64,000 nucleotides of DNA, from assembly GCA_040954595.2 (NCBI GenBank), contig CM082580.2:3338783-3402782 (forward strand), read 5' to 3'. Made by a program: the position numbers and the translations under genes. This stretch comes from Balanoglossus misakiensis. Its lineage: Eukaryota > Animalia > Hemichordata. Positions 22,893-35,510 of this stretch are shown piece by piece (position 1 is the first letter of the stretch; the number at the start of each line of letters is the position of its first letter). The notes beneath the pieces were generated by a model. The model saw only the letters and a list, made by a program, of their open reading frames with translations, was not told the DNA's origin and did not search any database.

Positions 22893-25273
22893 ACAGGCCC
22901 ACCTTTGTGTCTATGCACCAAATCAACTTGTATCAAGGCCCTAAGCCTTATTAAATCTAATACCCTCTGAATGGGAGTAATTGTCCATAAAAATGCCAGT
23001 AAAACTTTAATGCAATTACGTGGGTAACCGGCCTGGCCAAATGTTACTGGATATAAAACGATTCTTTGCAAGATCAATGACCATCATGTTTGAAATGTCT
23101 CCCCGGCTCTCCCTCGCCCTATGCCTTCCTCCCCACCCACCCTCTCTCCCCCTCTCTCTTGTTCTCTCCCCTCTCGCTCGCTCTCTTTCGCTCTATCTGT
23201 CTCCCTCCTCCCTGTTCTTTCTCTCTCCCCCCGTTCCCCCTCGCTACCCAGAAGTCCCTCGTCTCTTCTCCCTCCCTCCTCTTTCCTCCTCTCCCGTCCC
23301 TTCTCCGACTTCAGTTGTTCTGCGTGCATTTCTCTGTAAATAATGTTTTTACGTCACATACTTATCATAGTAAGGAATCTATGTTTTTCGTGACGTTTGT
23401 GCCATGCATAAATATGAACTCATTACTCAAAGTTGGGGTTTATAATTTCTCATGTTCTCTTCACACTGATTTGTACTTTCCTTTTGGTCAATTTACATCA
23501 GTAACATTTCTAATTTGATGATGTTCGCATTAAATGCATGGCATGATAATTTTATGATATTCTGTTTTGTCTGGAATAGTTTTAATTTAAATACGCGAAA
23601 GACACATACATGTACTTGATATTAATTATATTTTAAAATCCTCTGCAGTCAGTAGTTTTAATTACCCTATTATCATGAATATAGGATCAAAGATTTCATG
23701 CAAGCACCCCGAATTCCCTCCCACCAGAGGTGTTTGTGAAGATTACCTTTATTCACTGATAATATTGTCGACTGTGACTCCAAATTAACGTATATTACGT
23801 GCGAACTTGACGTCACGGGTATTTAGTTCTGTGCCATTTGGTTGCCCAATGGTCTTATAAGTTTTAAAAACATATTTCAAAGCTGTCGTAGGCTGTAATT
23901 CACTATCATGTTTCTCCGAATCGAATATACCACGTCATGTATTGATCACTGCCAAGTCGACAAACTCTTTCAGAAGATCAGCAACATACAAATTTCAAAA
24001 ACGCAACATAATATTTTGACAACTATATTATTTTCCCTTTTTTCAAATTATACTTAATTTCAACTATGCGGTGTAATATTTTTACTGTGCGGTTTTTCGA
24101 ATTAGCAGAAAAATTTACGATTTTCGATGCATATGATCGTAATACGATTGATTATATTTGCTCAACTGTTATTTTCGTAAGACTAGAATTAGTTCCTGTA
24201 AAATGTATTTACTTTGGGTATTTCTAAAACTAGTATTACCGGTACTCACTGACGTGCAATCATGTTTTGAACATAATTTAGTGACATTATTGAACGAAGC
24301 ACTTCTCAACATTTGACAAGTTTACTCATTTTTTTTTATTTATTTGGGATGCATAAAATTCAGTAGGTTAATTTCATTTCATTACTACCGTTGTGTATGA
24401 ATTGAAAAATAATAATAAAAAGAATGTAAAACTGAGAGAATGTGGTACTTAGTGGCAGCTGTGCCTTGATTTGCCAGTTTGTTGAAAGGAGTGCTGACGG
24501 ATATATGACCGATTAAATTTTGTGTATTTGTTTTTGTATTATGAACACACCATATATGGAAAGTCCACCCACGGAATATGTTTTCACTGAAAAAACAAAC
24601 AAATAAACACATTCGCTCGAAAGATAATCAAGTATGGCGTGACGTGGTCTTTCTGATATCTATTCGGGTCAAATTCAATATGGCGGTACCTGTGCTCTTC
24701 TCGTTTCTATGACAACGACTTAGCTTCATAAATTTAATGACTGTGTTCTTTTGTTTTTATGGCCCACTTGAGTAGATTAACTCCAAACTGAAGGGATTAC
24801 ACATTATTGCAGATTATTCCTTTTTACACTAAAAGTTAAAGTAAGTAGTTTGATTTCTCGGGATTTTAAAATTTAGCTATAGGTAGAACCGCCTACGAGG
24901 TCCGAAGCGTTTTATAGAAAGGTGTGTTGTATTCCATTCTCAATCGCTGATTCTATAGTTAGTGGGTTCTCCTCGTATACACACACATTCGACTGGTTTA
25001 TACAATGTTTAATTTATAATTGTTTAACACTGGTCTCAAATGTTTGTCAACTCAGCTAATCCTGAAAATAAATTATTAGTAATAGTATCCACCAGGTGGT
25101 AAGGCTTTAATGTACCACGGTCCTTCGAACCGTACAGAGCTTTGGCGTGGTTTGGTGTATGTATGAGTGTGGATGGGTGTGCTTTGACAAAACGATAAAA
25201 TATTTGATGAGTAATCGACGACCACAAAAATTTAGGCAAAAAAAAATGGCAAAACAAGCGACCATCGACAGCT

Positions 25274-25402
25274 GTCAGGATGGCCGAGCGGTCTAAGGCG
25301 CCAGACTCAAGGTTCACACCTTCCCATTGTATCGATGGGTCACGACGAAAAGAGCGTTCTGGTCTCCGAATGGAGGCGTGGGTTCGAATCCCACTTCTGA
25401 CA
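25274..25402 (+). tRNA. tRNA-Leu(CAA) with 45-nt intron (25312-25356), copy 1
   Basis: GTCAGGATGGCCGAGCGGTCTAAGGCGCCAGACTCAAG-intron-TTCTGGTCTCCGAATGGAGGCGTGGGTTCGAATCCCACTTCTGACA matches canonical metazoan tRNA-Leu-CAA; T6 Pol III terminator follows. Confidence 0.97.
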
Positions 25403-26184
25403 TCTATTTTTTGCGTTGTTCAACAACACTATAGAGATTTCAAATGTGACAAGATCGGATGATTGTTACCCGTCCAACATCGCTTCTTTTTACAGTTGGA
25501 TTACAAATATGGTTGTATTAAAGGTATACGGTCACTTCCAATTTACATACGCCCATATATGGCTGAAATGGCGTATTGGAGTGTTCTAAAGAACGAATGT
25601 TGGCGCTCTTTTTTCGCGTGTGCCCTCCACTGAAAATCTGTGATAGGCTAGATCTCAGTTTGCCATGGTAACCGAGGCTATATTTGCATAGGTGACCGTA
25701 TACCTTTAAAGACGCACTGGCTGTAATTGCTGTTCTTTTTTCAACAGAGACCATTGTATATTAAAACAGGGTGGTTGGTCTCAGTACTATGGAGTGTAAT
25801 TCATGCCAAAATTAGCACTGTTGGTCTATGGATAATAAGCCCACTGGGAATATGGAACACAGAATCATTGCAATAGAAAAAAAAGTAATTGAAAATAAAC
25901 TACGTCAGTGCAGGAATATGCTCGAATGTTTTCAGCAGAATGTTTTGTCGTCAAGCAGGTTTTCTTCATTTTTACTATGAATCTGTGCCTGTCACAAAAG
26001 AATCGGTAGCCGATGATGTTCCTCTTGTTAATTTTTTGGTTGTTGTTTTATTTAAAAAAAAAAAGCAGTGCTTGGTGGGTTATTCCGTGACGGAAATGTC
26101 TAGTCGAACCACTCAAAACCACTGCGCGGAAGTTCGGTTGGGATAGGCGCCAGCCTTCCGTGTGTCACAGGCGAAGTAGGCGCC

Positions 26185-27015
26185 TGTCACGATAAAAATT
26201 AAACAAACAAAGAAAATACTAGTACATGTGTACATTATTCCTCTGAATAAATATTGGCAGAGCAAAGTCGTATACGATGGATTTAAAGATAAATGTACGT
26301 TTTGTGATCACGTTTATGGATTGTTTTGTTTCGTGGCCAGGTGCACCTATGTTGATTGCTTTATTTAACATATAAGCGTGACCAGGTGTTAATTAGTTTT
26401 GCTCGTATAAAAGCCACCCAGTGCCACGTTGTCGCGTGGCTCATTTGATTCTGGCCTGGTAGCTGTGCCGTCGCCTTGGAGGAGTTTTAGGAGTCCACAG
26501 TACGGAGTTTGCCTCTCGGCTGTGGTAGCTGAGGATTGACACTGCCGAAGGGACTTGTGAAGTCGTGGTGGATGTTTTCGAGGACGCCGCGTGGAATTTT
26601 GGAGCCGTCCTGAGGGTGCGAGTTTCCGTGTCACGGTGGAACACTTCAACTGCATTTGAGGTAATACGTGGCTGTCGTTTGTACACTGGCATAAAACGAA
26701 CAGAAAGGCCAGAATATCGTTGTGCGTCGAGACACAGAACTGTTAATTAGACTTTCAGCTTGTTTGAAATTTTGTTTGGTCACCTGGTCACGCTCGAATT
26801 TTGTTTGTAGTTTAGTGTATTGTGAACATTACTCGTATCTGCAATTAAATTACTATACTGTAAATAGACTGGTATGTTGTACGTGTGCTGTCTTTGACCA
26901 TTTCTTTTGTTGCGCCTGTTGGCCGGTTCGGCTGTAAAACAAGCCACCCGGTCAGGTAAATTGGCCTCTTTATTATCCGCTTATATTTGGCTCGGACGGC
27001 CTGCGGGTCGTAACA
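26185..27015 (+). mobile_element. Probable solo LTR (Gypsy-like)
   Basis: TGTCACGA...TCGTAACA termini, TATAAAA at ~26406, ~830 bp long; no target duplication or PBS found. Confidence 0.45.
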
Positions 27016-27388
27016 GTTTACACCGACAAAATGTAAGTAACGTTTGAGAAACTGGTGTTTGGAACCAGTTAGGCGCCTTCAAGCACTCCGAAAAAAATCT
27101 GCATAAGTAGTTTCATAAATTTGCATATGAATGCATTATTGGTTAGGCAAAAAATACAGCACCTTTGTGAAGTATTAATAGGAAAATGAGTAACTAAATC
27201 ATCTTTCATGGAACAAACCTTTTTTTCCTCATTTTAATTCTTCCCATACCGTTCGTATTCTGCTGTTCAGTACTCTAGCATTCATGATATATCACACTGG
27301 AAGGTACGGTGGAGACTGTATCGCCTAAAACCATAGATAGAGTTTTGTTTCGCTGGATATGGTCGGATCCCCTGAACCAACAGTCGGT

Positions 27389-27577
27389 ATCGCTTCTCGG
27401 CCTTTTGGCTAAGATCATGTGTAGTATCTGTTCTTATCAGCTTAATATCTGATACGCTGCTCACCGAGCAGCTCGATATTAAACTGATTTTTGGAAACGG
27501 GCCATGGAATAGGGGCTTGCTCCGTCCTGGCCACGGATCGACCCGGTATTGCAGTACCTCCGGGAACGGTCCACCAC
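27389..27577 (+). ncRNA. RNU2: U2 spliceosomal snRNA
   Basis: ATCGCTTCTCGGCCTTTTGGCTAAGATCA start, branch-point recognition GTAGTA, Sm site GATTTTTGG, stem-loop IV loop ATTGCAGT; full length (~188 nt). Confidence 0.97.
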
Positions 27578-29511
27578 TTTTTACAAATCTAAAATCAGAA
27601 GAACATTGGGACATGTGGACACACTTCCTATTCGGGTCTTGTATACCATTATGTGTTTACATTTTATAAAATCAGTTTCACTGGAACACGTATGCAAGAG
27701 ACGACGCCAACTTGCAAGATGCAATATTCTTTCCAGTCGATTGTTTTTGTTGACGGTATTTACCGCTCTTATTTTTTTCAAGTACCACATGGCGGGAAGT
27801 TGAGAGTATCGCAAATGTCAGCTGTAATGAACTACAAATACCATTATTATAATTTTTCACGTCCCCAAAATTGTCTGAAGTTGTGAGAACAAGTTTCATG
27901 CCAAGTGGACCACAAAAAAAATCGATTTGCTGGAGACAGAATGAAACCAAATGACATATCATCATACTTGTTGTAAATACGAAGGTGCTTTGAAAGAACT
28001 CGTCTTTCCCACCAAATTTTAATATCGTCATATTTTGTCTGAACACCATCCAATCAGAGGCTATATTTAAAAGCCGATTTTCCCGCCAAATTTGTTTACC
28101 TTGTTGATATTCATATTACCCAGTCAACTTGAGTCTTCTAACTGCAGCAAGCCATTTATAAATGAGTCTCTCTCTCTTTTACGGTCTTTTGTTACTAGTA
28201 GAACTGTGACTAAATTCAGAGAGAGCTTGAATCGGTTGTCAACAATAGCTGGGTAACAATAGACAAAAATGTTTTTCCCCGACACTATTATTCTTCATAA
28301 AAAGTGTAAATGAGTGCATTTTGGGTATGTAAATGTGCGTTATTTAGAGAGGACAAAGGGGACTCGGTTCACACTAAAGCAAAGCTTTGAAAAAATGCAT
28401 GAATCTTGTCGGTTCCACTGTAAAATACTCGGCTTGTGATATGAAGCCCTGTGCTTGCATAAGTCTCCCAGCTTTGACATATTAGCACATCAGTCTTTTT
28501 GTTGCTGTTCTCCAACCCATGCATCCCAGTGGCTCCACGTAGCGCCCAGTAAATAACATCGTCAATGACTATCCTGTTTGGTTTATTTGTCGGGGAGATA
28601 CGACACAACTTCCCTTGGGGTACTAGAGCCGTTCTAATAAATCATGAGGTGTTGGGGCGGGGGAGGGATTTGGAGTAAAGGTGGGTTGCATCAGAAGACA
28701 GGGATATGACCAGCTGGATATGACTATGTTAATATTAGAGCTTTTTTTCACGGAATGAGATTAAACAAGCCCACCATTCCGAGGGCGGACAATAACCATT
28801 ATTTGATCATAATGACCCGGTCCGCATGTGGGTTTATTGGCATCAGGTAATCTTTGTGAACTGGCCGCGTGGATGGCGGAGAGAGAAGGTAGTAAGTCCC
28901 AGGTAGTAATTCACCAACAATAGAATGAAACAGGGTCGCAAAGTGTCGAAAAAAGTTGAGATGAAAGGACAAAAACAACGCGACAAAACTCCGGTGCCTT
29001 TGAGTCATGTCGTCTGATCGACGGAATTTTCTTTGAAGTCTGATGACATCGTGTGCAGTGTTATCTCATGCATGGAAATTTTTTTTTGGAAAACCTGAAA
29101 AACAAGTTAATTAAATTTTATCGAATGACATGCCATGCACATCGAAGAATGCAGCCTCCGGTACTGCTGTGCCTCACTACTAAGCAGCCAAGTGTTGGAC
29201 TGAAGAAAATCCAGGGTCGCAACAACCTGTGGAATTTTGATCGACTCGGAGCTTCCGCACATCCGTCATCTATCACTGGTTTCGGTTTGTTTATTTTGAA
29301 AAGAGCTACGACAAAACACGGTCTGCAAGGAGCTGACGCAAGACTGCGAACACCTGTCCGCACTGAAAAAACAACCCACCAGAACTGAAGATAATTCTCG
29401 TTTCTGGGTACGACTCGACATCACTGAATGCACCTGGTAGTTGTAAAAACAAATGACTTGGATTGCGTGTCTGATGAGGGCGCTTCACACTCCGCGGTTC
29501 CATGGCCAGCC

Positions 29512-29969
29512 TAGTCTCGGTTACCCAGACGCCTTTGCTTCTTCCGATGCTCTCCAGAAAAGGGTCTGGGGAAATGCTATTGAAAGCTTTGTAAAACAAA
29601 ATGGCCGATGTCAGGATTTTGATCATCGCCTGATTGGCTGAGCTGTCTGTATGACCCGGGTCACTGCAATAGTTTTGACAATCGTCTACCAAATATATTT
29701 CATATAATTTCTCCAACAATGCTAACAGAGGACGCCTTTTGCCTTTCGCATCAACCAACAAGTACCGGTCTCTTGATATGAAGATACGACAAATAATCAC
29801 ACATTGTCGAGAGTCAGTGACCCGGGTCATACTGACAGCTCAGCCAATCAGGCGATGATCAAAATCCTGACATCGGCCATTTTGTTTTACAAAGCTTTCA
29901 ATAGCATTTCCCCAGACCCTTTTCTGGAGAGCATCGGAAGAAGCAAAGGCGTCTGGGTAACCGAGACTA
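29512..29969. mobile_element. MITE with ~155-bp TIRs, TAG...CTA ends and 9-bp TSD (AcademH- or MULE-like)
   Basis: tggccagcc|tagtctcggttacccagacgcc ... ggcgtctgggtaaccgagacta|tggccagcc; the arms are almost perfect inverted copies. Confidence 0.88.
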
Positions 29970-30726
29970 TGGCCAGCCGTGACGCGAGTATTTCTCTGGT
30001 TCAGACTTCACCTGCTTCCGTCATAAAACGGTTGAAATAAATAAAGCAAAATAATTCATTTGAGAGAGGAAACATATTTTATTAACGTGAGAAATGAATC
30101 TCATTGTATAGACGATAGTCCGGCTCGTGATGTTGAAAGGCAATGAACCAGAAACTCCCACAGCCTGAACGTACTCTCATCGAAAAGCGGGTGCTCTCAT
30201 CGAAAAGAGGGTGCTCTCATCGAAAAGCTTTAGTGCTCTGATCGAAAAGCTTGGTGCTAATTTTGGCATGAATTACACTCCATAGGTCTACCCCCTCCGT
30301 GTTAATTACGTTTGACCAACAGTTTGTGTTATTGGGGACATTTTTGCAAATTTTGTCAAAAATAGTTTTCTCCGAAAGCGCTTGTCAGATTGCTTTGAAC
30401 TTTGGCAGGCATGTTCCTTGTGGTGATTGAAGTAAGATATTGTACAATTATGGTGATATTTGCATATTTGTGTTTTTTGCCACTTTTGAACAAATATTGT
30501 GATTGCTAGCCGCTATTTGGGATTAATATTTTTTTCAATTGTATAAAATGCAACTTCAAAGCCCATCCCATATATGAATGGTCCATCCCTTAACTCACCG
30601 TCAACACACACAAACAAAAGTATATTTATCATAAACCATTCATTCGGCACGTCCTTGATGCAAGAAAAACAAGCGAGATCACGCCATGTTGGACAAAAAG
30701 TGCTGGATTGCGTCAGTGGAGGGAGG

Positions 30727-30798
30727 GGGGCTTGGCGGGAATTGAACCCGCACATTCTAGTTAGGAGCTAGATCGATTAACCATTATCGTACAAGCGA
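30727..30798 (-). tRNA. Atypical tRNA-like cloverleaf with CCT anticodon (pseudo-tRNA, SINE head or unusual tRNA)
   Basis: Minus strand: TCGCTTG TA CGAT AATGGTTA ATCG A TCTAG CTCCTAA CTAGA ATGT GCGGG TTCAATT CCCGC CAAGCCC C. Perfect D, anticodon and T stems; acceptor stem 5/7 paired; T5 about 30 nt downstream. Confidence 0.6.
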
Positions 30799-31069
30799 AG
30801 TATCCACACGACAAATAGCCAGCACGGGAAATACCCTACAATGCACCGTTTATAAACCTTCGGTGGCCTACTGACGTAGTACGTCACTGCACAAATATGT
30901 GCGTGTATTGTTACCTGGTTAATAGGGCACCCTAGCTCGGCAAGCCATCGCCCACAGTACTGACAGTATTCAAGTGCTGATCTGCTCAGCCTCTGACAAC
31001 TAGTGTGTTTTATCTTCTCCCACTGTAACTTGTATCTAACTGACTGATTACAACCTGACTGCCTGTTGA

Positions 31070-31413
31070 AAAAACAAAGTCTCTATCTCTCTTGATACAG
31101 GACACCGTTTGTGTTATTCTACATGTGGATATACAGTGAATCACCGTTCGACCAAACGCAACTTCCATCTCGTTTGTAGGATATGAGAGTCAAAATCTCG
31201 CCAAAATGAATAAACGGTAAACACCGATTATTCATTTTGGCGAGTTTTTCACTCTCGTGTCTACAAGTGGGATGGAAGTTGTGTGTGGTTGAACGTTGAT
31301 TCACTATATATCCACATGTAGAATACTAGTAACATGGAATTCATAAATGGTGTCTTGTATCAAAGTTTACATAATTAATGGAAAATGGGCAGTGAGAGAG
31401 AGACTTTGTCCCT
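31070..31413. mobile_element. Kolobok-like MITE (agggacaaagtctctct family)
   Basis: Ends acaaagtctct / agagactttgtccct|ttaa; same family at 50233-50416 and 58186-58530; only a stub at ~18890-18920 in duplication copy 1. Confidence 0.75.
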
Positions 31414-32793
31414 TTAAGAAAGTTTGTACTTGACAACCAGATACATGTATTGAACAGCACCCCATGAAACGTGTACATGTATTATGGTTAAATATCGTGT
31501 TGAAATAAATTCCTAAGCGTGCGTTATAACTATCCATTCACACGACTTTAAAACGATCTGTCGCATATTCACTCGTATGTCAGTTTTTCATCTTAATATA
31601 CAAAGTCATGATTATTTTAAAGAATTACGCTTAAAGTTACCATAAATACTAAGTGTGATATGAAACAACGAACACCAACTTTTTAATCGTGAGAGTAAAG
31701 TTATCGTCACACGTCCAGAGTCGACATCCTCTGAAGCAACTTCCTATTAATCTTTATTTAAAATGTTAATGTAATATTCATCTCGCTAAATATATGTGCA
31801 CTGTCTACTTTTGACCCCCTAGAACCAAAAAATAGTCGTTGCCAACGGTTATGTTTGAAAGTCTTTTCCGGGAGATCCGACGCAATTGTTAAAAATCCTG
31901 TCACTGGATTGACCAAAGTTGACCATCGCCATCTGTATTTTCAAGGGCAGCTGAAAAACGAAGAATGCACCCAGAGATTAGTGAAATACATTTTTAAATC
32001 ACGTGAGATACTCTTCCGGGCAAACAGACAGAGGTGTACGTGTGTTGCTCGGTTTTGGTTTGACGGGAAGGGTATTGTGAGGCGTTCCTTGGTGATTAGG
32101 GATGTTGTTTTGTTGTGGTGAGATTTTTGCCTTTGGTACGGTTGCTAGTTGTCTGTTTATGAAGCATGGTGTCAGCATGCCAGGACAAAATTGAACGCGT
32201 GATGAAACAGTTACATTCCCCGGTGTCTTGGCCAAACAAAAGCCAATGTGTGGAAGTTACATTGTCAAGTGAATACTTCTATCAGTAAGTTTAAGGTCAG
32301 CCCTGAAAGTTATACTCTAGACATATTCTCTTGTTATGCTCATTTACAGGGCGCGGACTGAGTTGTAGCAATATGGGATTAAGCATGTTTCAGTGATCAG
32401 AATATCAAAAATATCCCACCAAAAGAAATGAAAATAATGACAAGAGTGACCATCTTTGTCCTTTTAAAGCTCTATTAGCTGTAACCTCTTGCTATGTTTT
32501 CAGTGTTTTTGTTTTGTGTATCTACTTCGGTGTCTTATTCAAATCCCTGAAACATGATGAAATGCCAACCATTTAGCTTGTATAATATACGTAATATATT
32601 ATATGTATGTACAGTCAGCATTTTTAATGTGCAAAATTAGAATTCAAAGTCTGGACTAGAATTCATCTCTCGACAATAACAATGGCCGTTACACGCATAC
32701 AGACTATGTTGAGTACTGGGTATATAAGCATGCTGTTTGGAGTAGAGCAAGAAATTGCATTTGGTACACAGCCAAAAGTTACAGCTATTGTCC

Positions 32794-35510
32794 CTAAACA
32801 GTCACCCACCTTCCTGGTATAACCCAACTCTCCGCAAACTCTGTGGTATTGGAGGTCTTTGAACCATCTGACTTCAACAAGTCCCGTCCTTCCTCCACGC
32901 TCCCATCACCGAACATTCCGCACAGCCTGCCCTCTAAATCCTCGTTGCCAATGGAGACGTCGGTTTCGTGAGCCTTCCCCATCCATCTCAGAGTGACGCC
33001 ATCTTTGTTGAGGTGCAACTCCACCTGGTTGTCGTCTGCTCGAATGTAACCCAAGTCGTCACCAATGGACAGTGTGCGCGCGTCTACTGGATATCCATTG
33101 ACCTGTGTGCGGTATTTTACCAAAAACAGACCATTTATGAAACTGAAAACACTGACCGTAGCTGCCAATTTTTGCATTATTTTCCAATTTAAATTGGTCC
33201 ATCTAAATCGGCTTACTGATAGGTATACATGAACACCTTATTGATGCCAGATTGTGGCTGTATGTAGCGATTTGAACTCTGCCGCACCGATTTAATCAGC
33301 CTCCGTACAAAACAGTACGCAGCTATCGTGGTATGCGTCGCCAAGAGATGACAAACTGATGCAAATGCAAGTAATGTGGCTTAATGGTGAGGATTTTAGA
33401 GGATAGGGAATATATTTGAAGTATTTTATTGTGGGAAAATATGTAAAAATTGGCATTTATGTTCTGCTAATTATGCCATTGGCACATCTGACCTCCACAT
33501 GTTTTACGGGATCGGTGAAGAGTTGATCTTGTCATACTATAAAGATATTTAAAATAACACTATTTTTTCTGCGATTTTGTTGTTCTCAAAATGATAACGT
33601 TTCTAACTCACAAGAATAGAATGATCTTCAAGAAAAGAATAAGTGTAGCCTCCGTCAATTTTCGTTGTGACAGACACCATTCTGGTCGGTGGTTTGCTTG
33701 GATGGGATCGACCGCGGAAAGCAGCGGATATTTCGAATGAGGGTGTTCTTCTCATGCAATCCTTCACCAACGTGTAGCTGCAGAAACCCTGGAAACTGTA
33801 CTTCGTGCCACTGAAAGTGCGCATGTGTGGATCCCCGTGACCTCCTGCTCTGATACCTGGAAGAGTAAATGTGTTTCACAAATCCTTTATCAAAATCCGG
33901 ACTCTAGTTAAATTTGAATTATGTGGACAATCTTCATGACCATATTCGATTTGTGTCTGAATCAGCCACGAAAGTTACCAAATTTACAAAGTTACTGACT
34001 GACTGATAAGTTGGTTGTTAGGTCGGTCGGTCAGTTGCTTGATTGCTTGATTGATTGATTGACTGACTGACTGACTGACTGGATGGATGATCGGTTTTTT
34101 GGTCGACTGATTGATTGATTGAGTTTCATTTTAAAATACAACTTACCACATGCGTCTGACTTGCTTAAGGTGACATCCCCACCAACAACCAGAGAAGAAA
34201 CGTTCCATGCAAATAGATCGCCGTCAAGTGAGCAGTTACCAAACACTTCACCGACTTCTTTGTTGCTCAACGCTTTGGACCATATGTTGAATTCCGTCAG
34301 GGCGCCGACGAAGGCTTGGTTGCTATCGTAACCGCCTCCGACCGTGCCCTGTCGCTGCCCCAGAACCCAAACGCCCCCGCCGGATATCGTCTGCTCGCTG
34401 CTCAGACCAGTCGCTCTGGTAACCAAGGCGCCATCTTTGTGGACCGTCCAGTTGCCGCCCGTCGAAGACCAAGATGCGCACAAGTGGTGCCAATTGCCGT
34501 CGGTTAAGTTCGCCCCGGGGTCGGTCTGACGTCGGTCACCCTTGATGAGAACGTCAAGTTGTTGCGTGTCGAGCAGCGCGAACTCGTTTGTATCGCCCGG
34601 AACGGCGTAAGAGACTGGCGTAGAGCTTCGTCCGGTGTCGTTTGATTTCAGCCATAAACACACAGTCATGGCTGACAGTTCAGGAACACTGACGTTGACT
34701 TTTACATCGGTGTTCGCACTGTTCAAGTTCAGGGTGTCTGCTTCTGCTTGCGTACCTGGGGAGAGAGACAGGCAGGCAGACAGAGGGGAGGGGAGGGAGG
34801 GAGGGAGACGGACAGGTGGAGAAAGACATATATGGCCAGAGGATCAGGTTGGGACAGCGACACACAGAAAAAAACGGTGACACAGTCACTGATGGACTGA
34901 ACACAAAATAATCCCTATAACTAAATTGGTAATACGGGCACTGGCACAAAAATGTGTATAACAACGTACACTTTAATTTATACGTGGTATAAAACATTAA
35001 ACACGAATCGCTCGTGTCAAATTAATATTAGGCCTACTTTTCAAAAGTCGAACATGCAACGCCGAAATGACATTTACACCAAAACTTGGGAAAATGTTTT
35101 TTGATTCTTACCTCTTTTCTGCAAGTGTACCTTTGTGGGAGCTTTCTGAGAAACAAAAGATACATGTAATTTTAATGGTTTCGAAGTGTTTAATGTACAG
35201 TTAGTCGCAGCATTTAGCATTTTGTTGTCTTTCCACCCAAATATATGCCAATACTATCAACTATCAACGACATTCAATTGTGGTGGAAAAGGCAAGTGCG
35301 TTGTCGATCGCATTTGTGATTTCTCATGTTGACATAGTGTGTTGTGAAGGCTTGATTTTAGCTGTACCGTCAACTTTCAGACGTTCCATCGAGCATTTTG
35401 ACACTATTTTGTCACGTTTTTAGCCCTATACTTACATGAGCGTCCCCTCTCAGCGCTGAGACCAACAGCACTAAGGCAAGAGCAACCAGACACACCTTCA
35501 GCTCCATCAT
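32794..35510 (-). CDS. Secreted pentraxin + VWD domain protein, copy 2
   Basis: Exons 35436-35510, 35112-35145, 34147-34755, 33612-33856, 32810-33102, with the same lengths and phases as copy 1 and no frameshifts; 3' end unresolved. Confidence 0.88.

Larger units (their letters stand above)
18645..25763. repeat. Segmental duplication copy 1 (~7.1 kb)
   Basis: Colinear with 30824-37745 from aatgcaccgtttataaaccttcgg to caacagagaccattgtatatta. Confidence 0.95.

Noticed and set aside
23020-23518. Pro/Ser/Leu-rich and Arg/Glu/Gly-rich ORFs, also at 35638-36015
   Set aside because: Artefacts of a CT-rich low-complexity tract; indels between copies shift the frames.
26389-26750. Short overlapping ORFs in a GC-richer patch
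   Set aside because: They lie inside the probable solo LTR and show no gag/pol motifs.
29306-30040. 174-aa and 78-aa ORFs sharing identical peptide on opposite strands
   Set aside because: Produced by the MITE inverted repeats.
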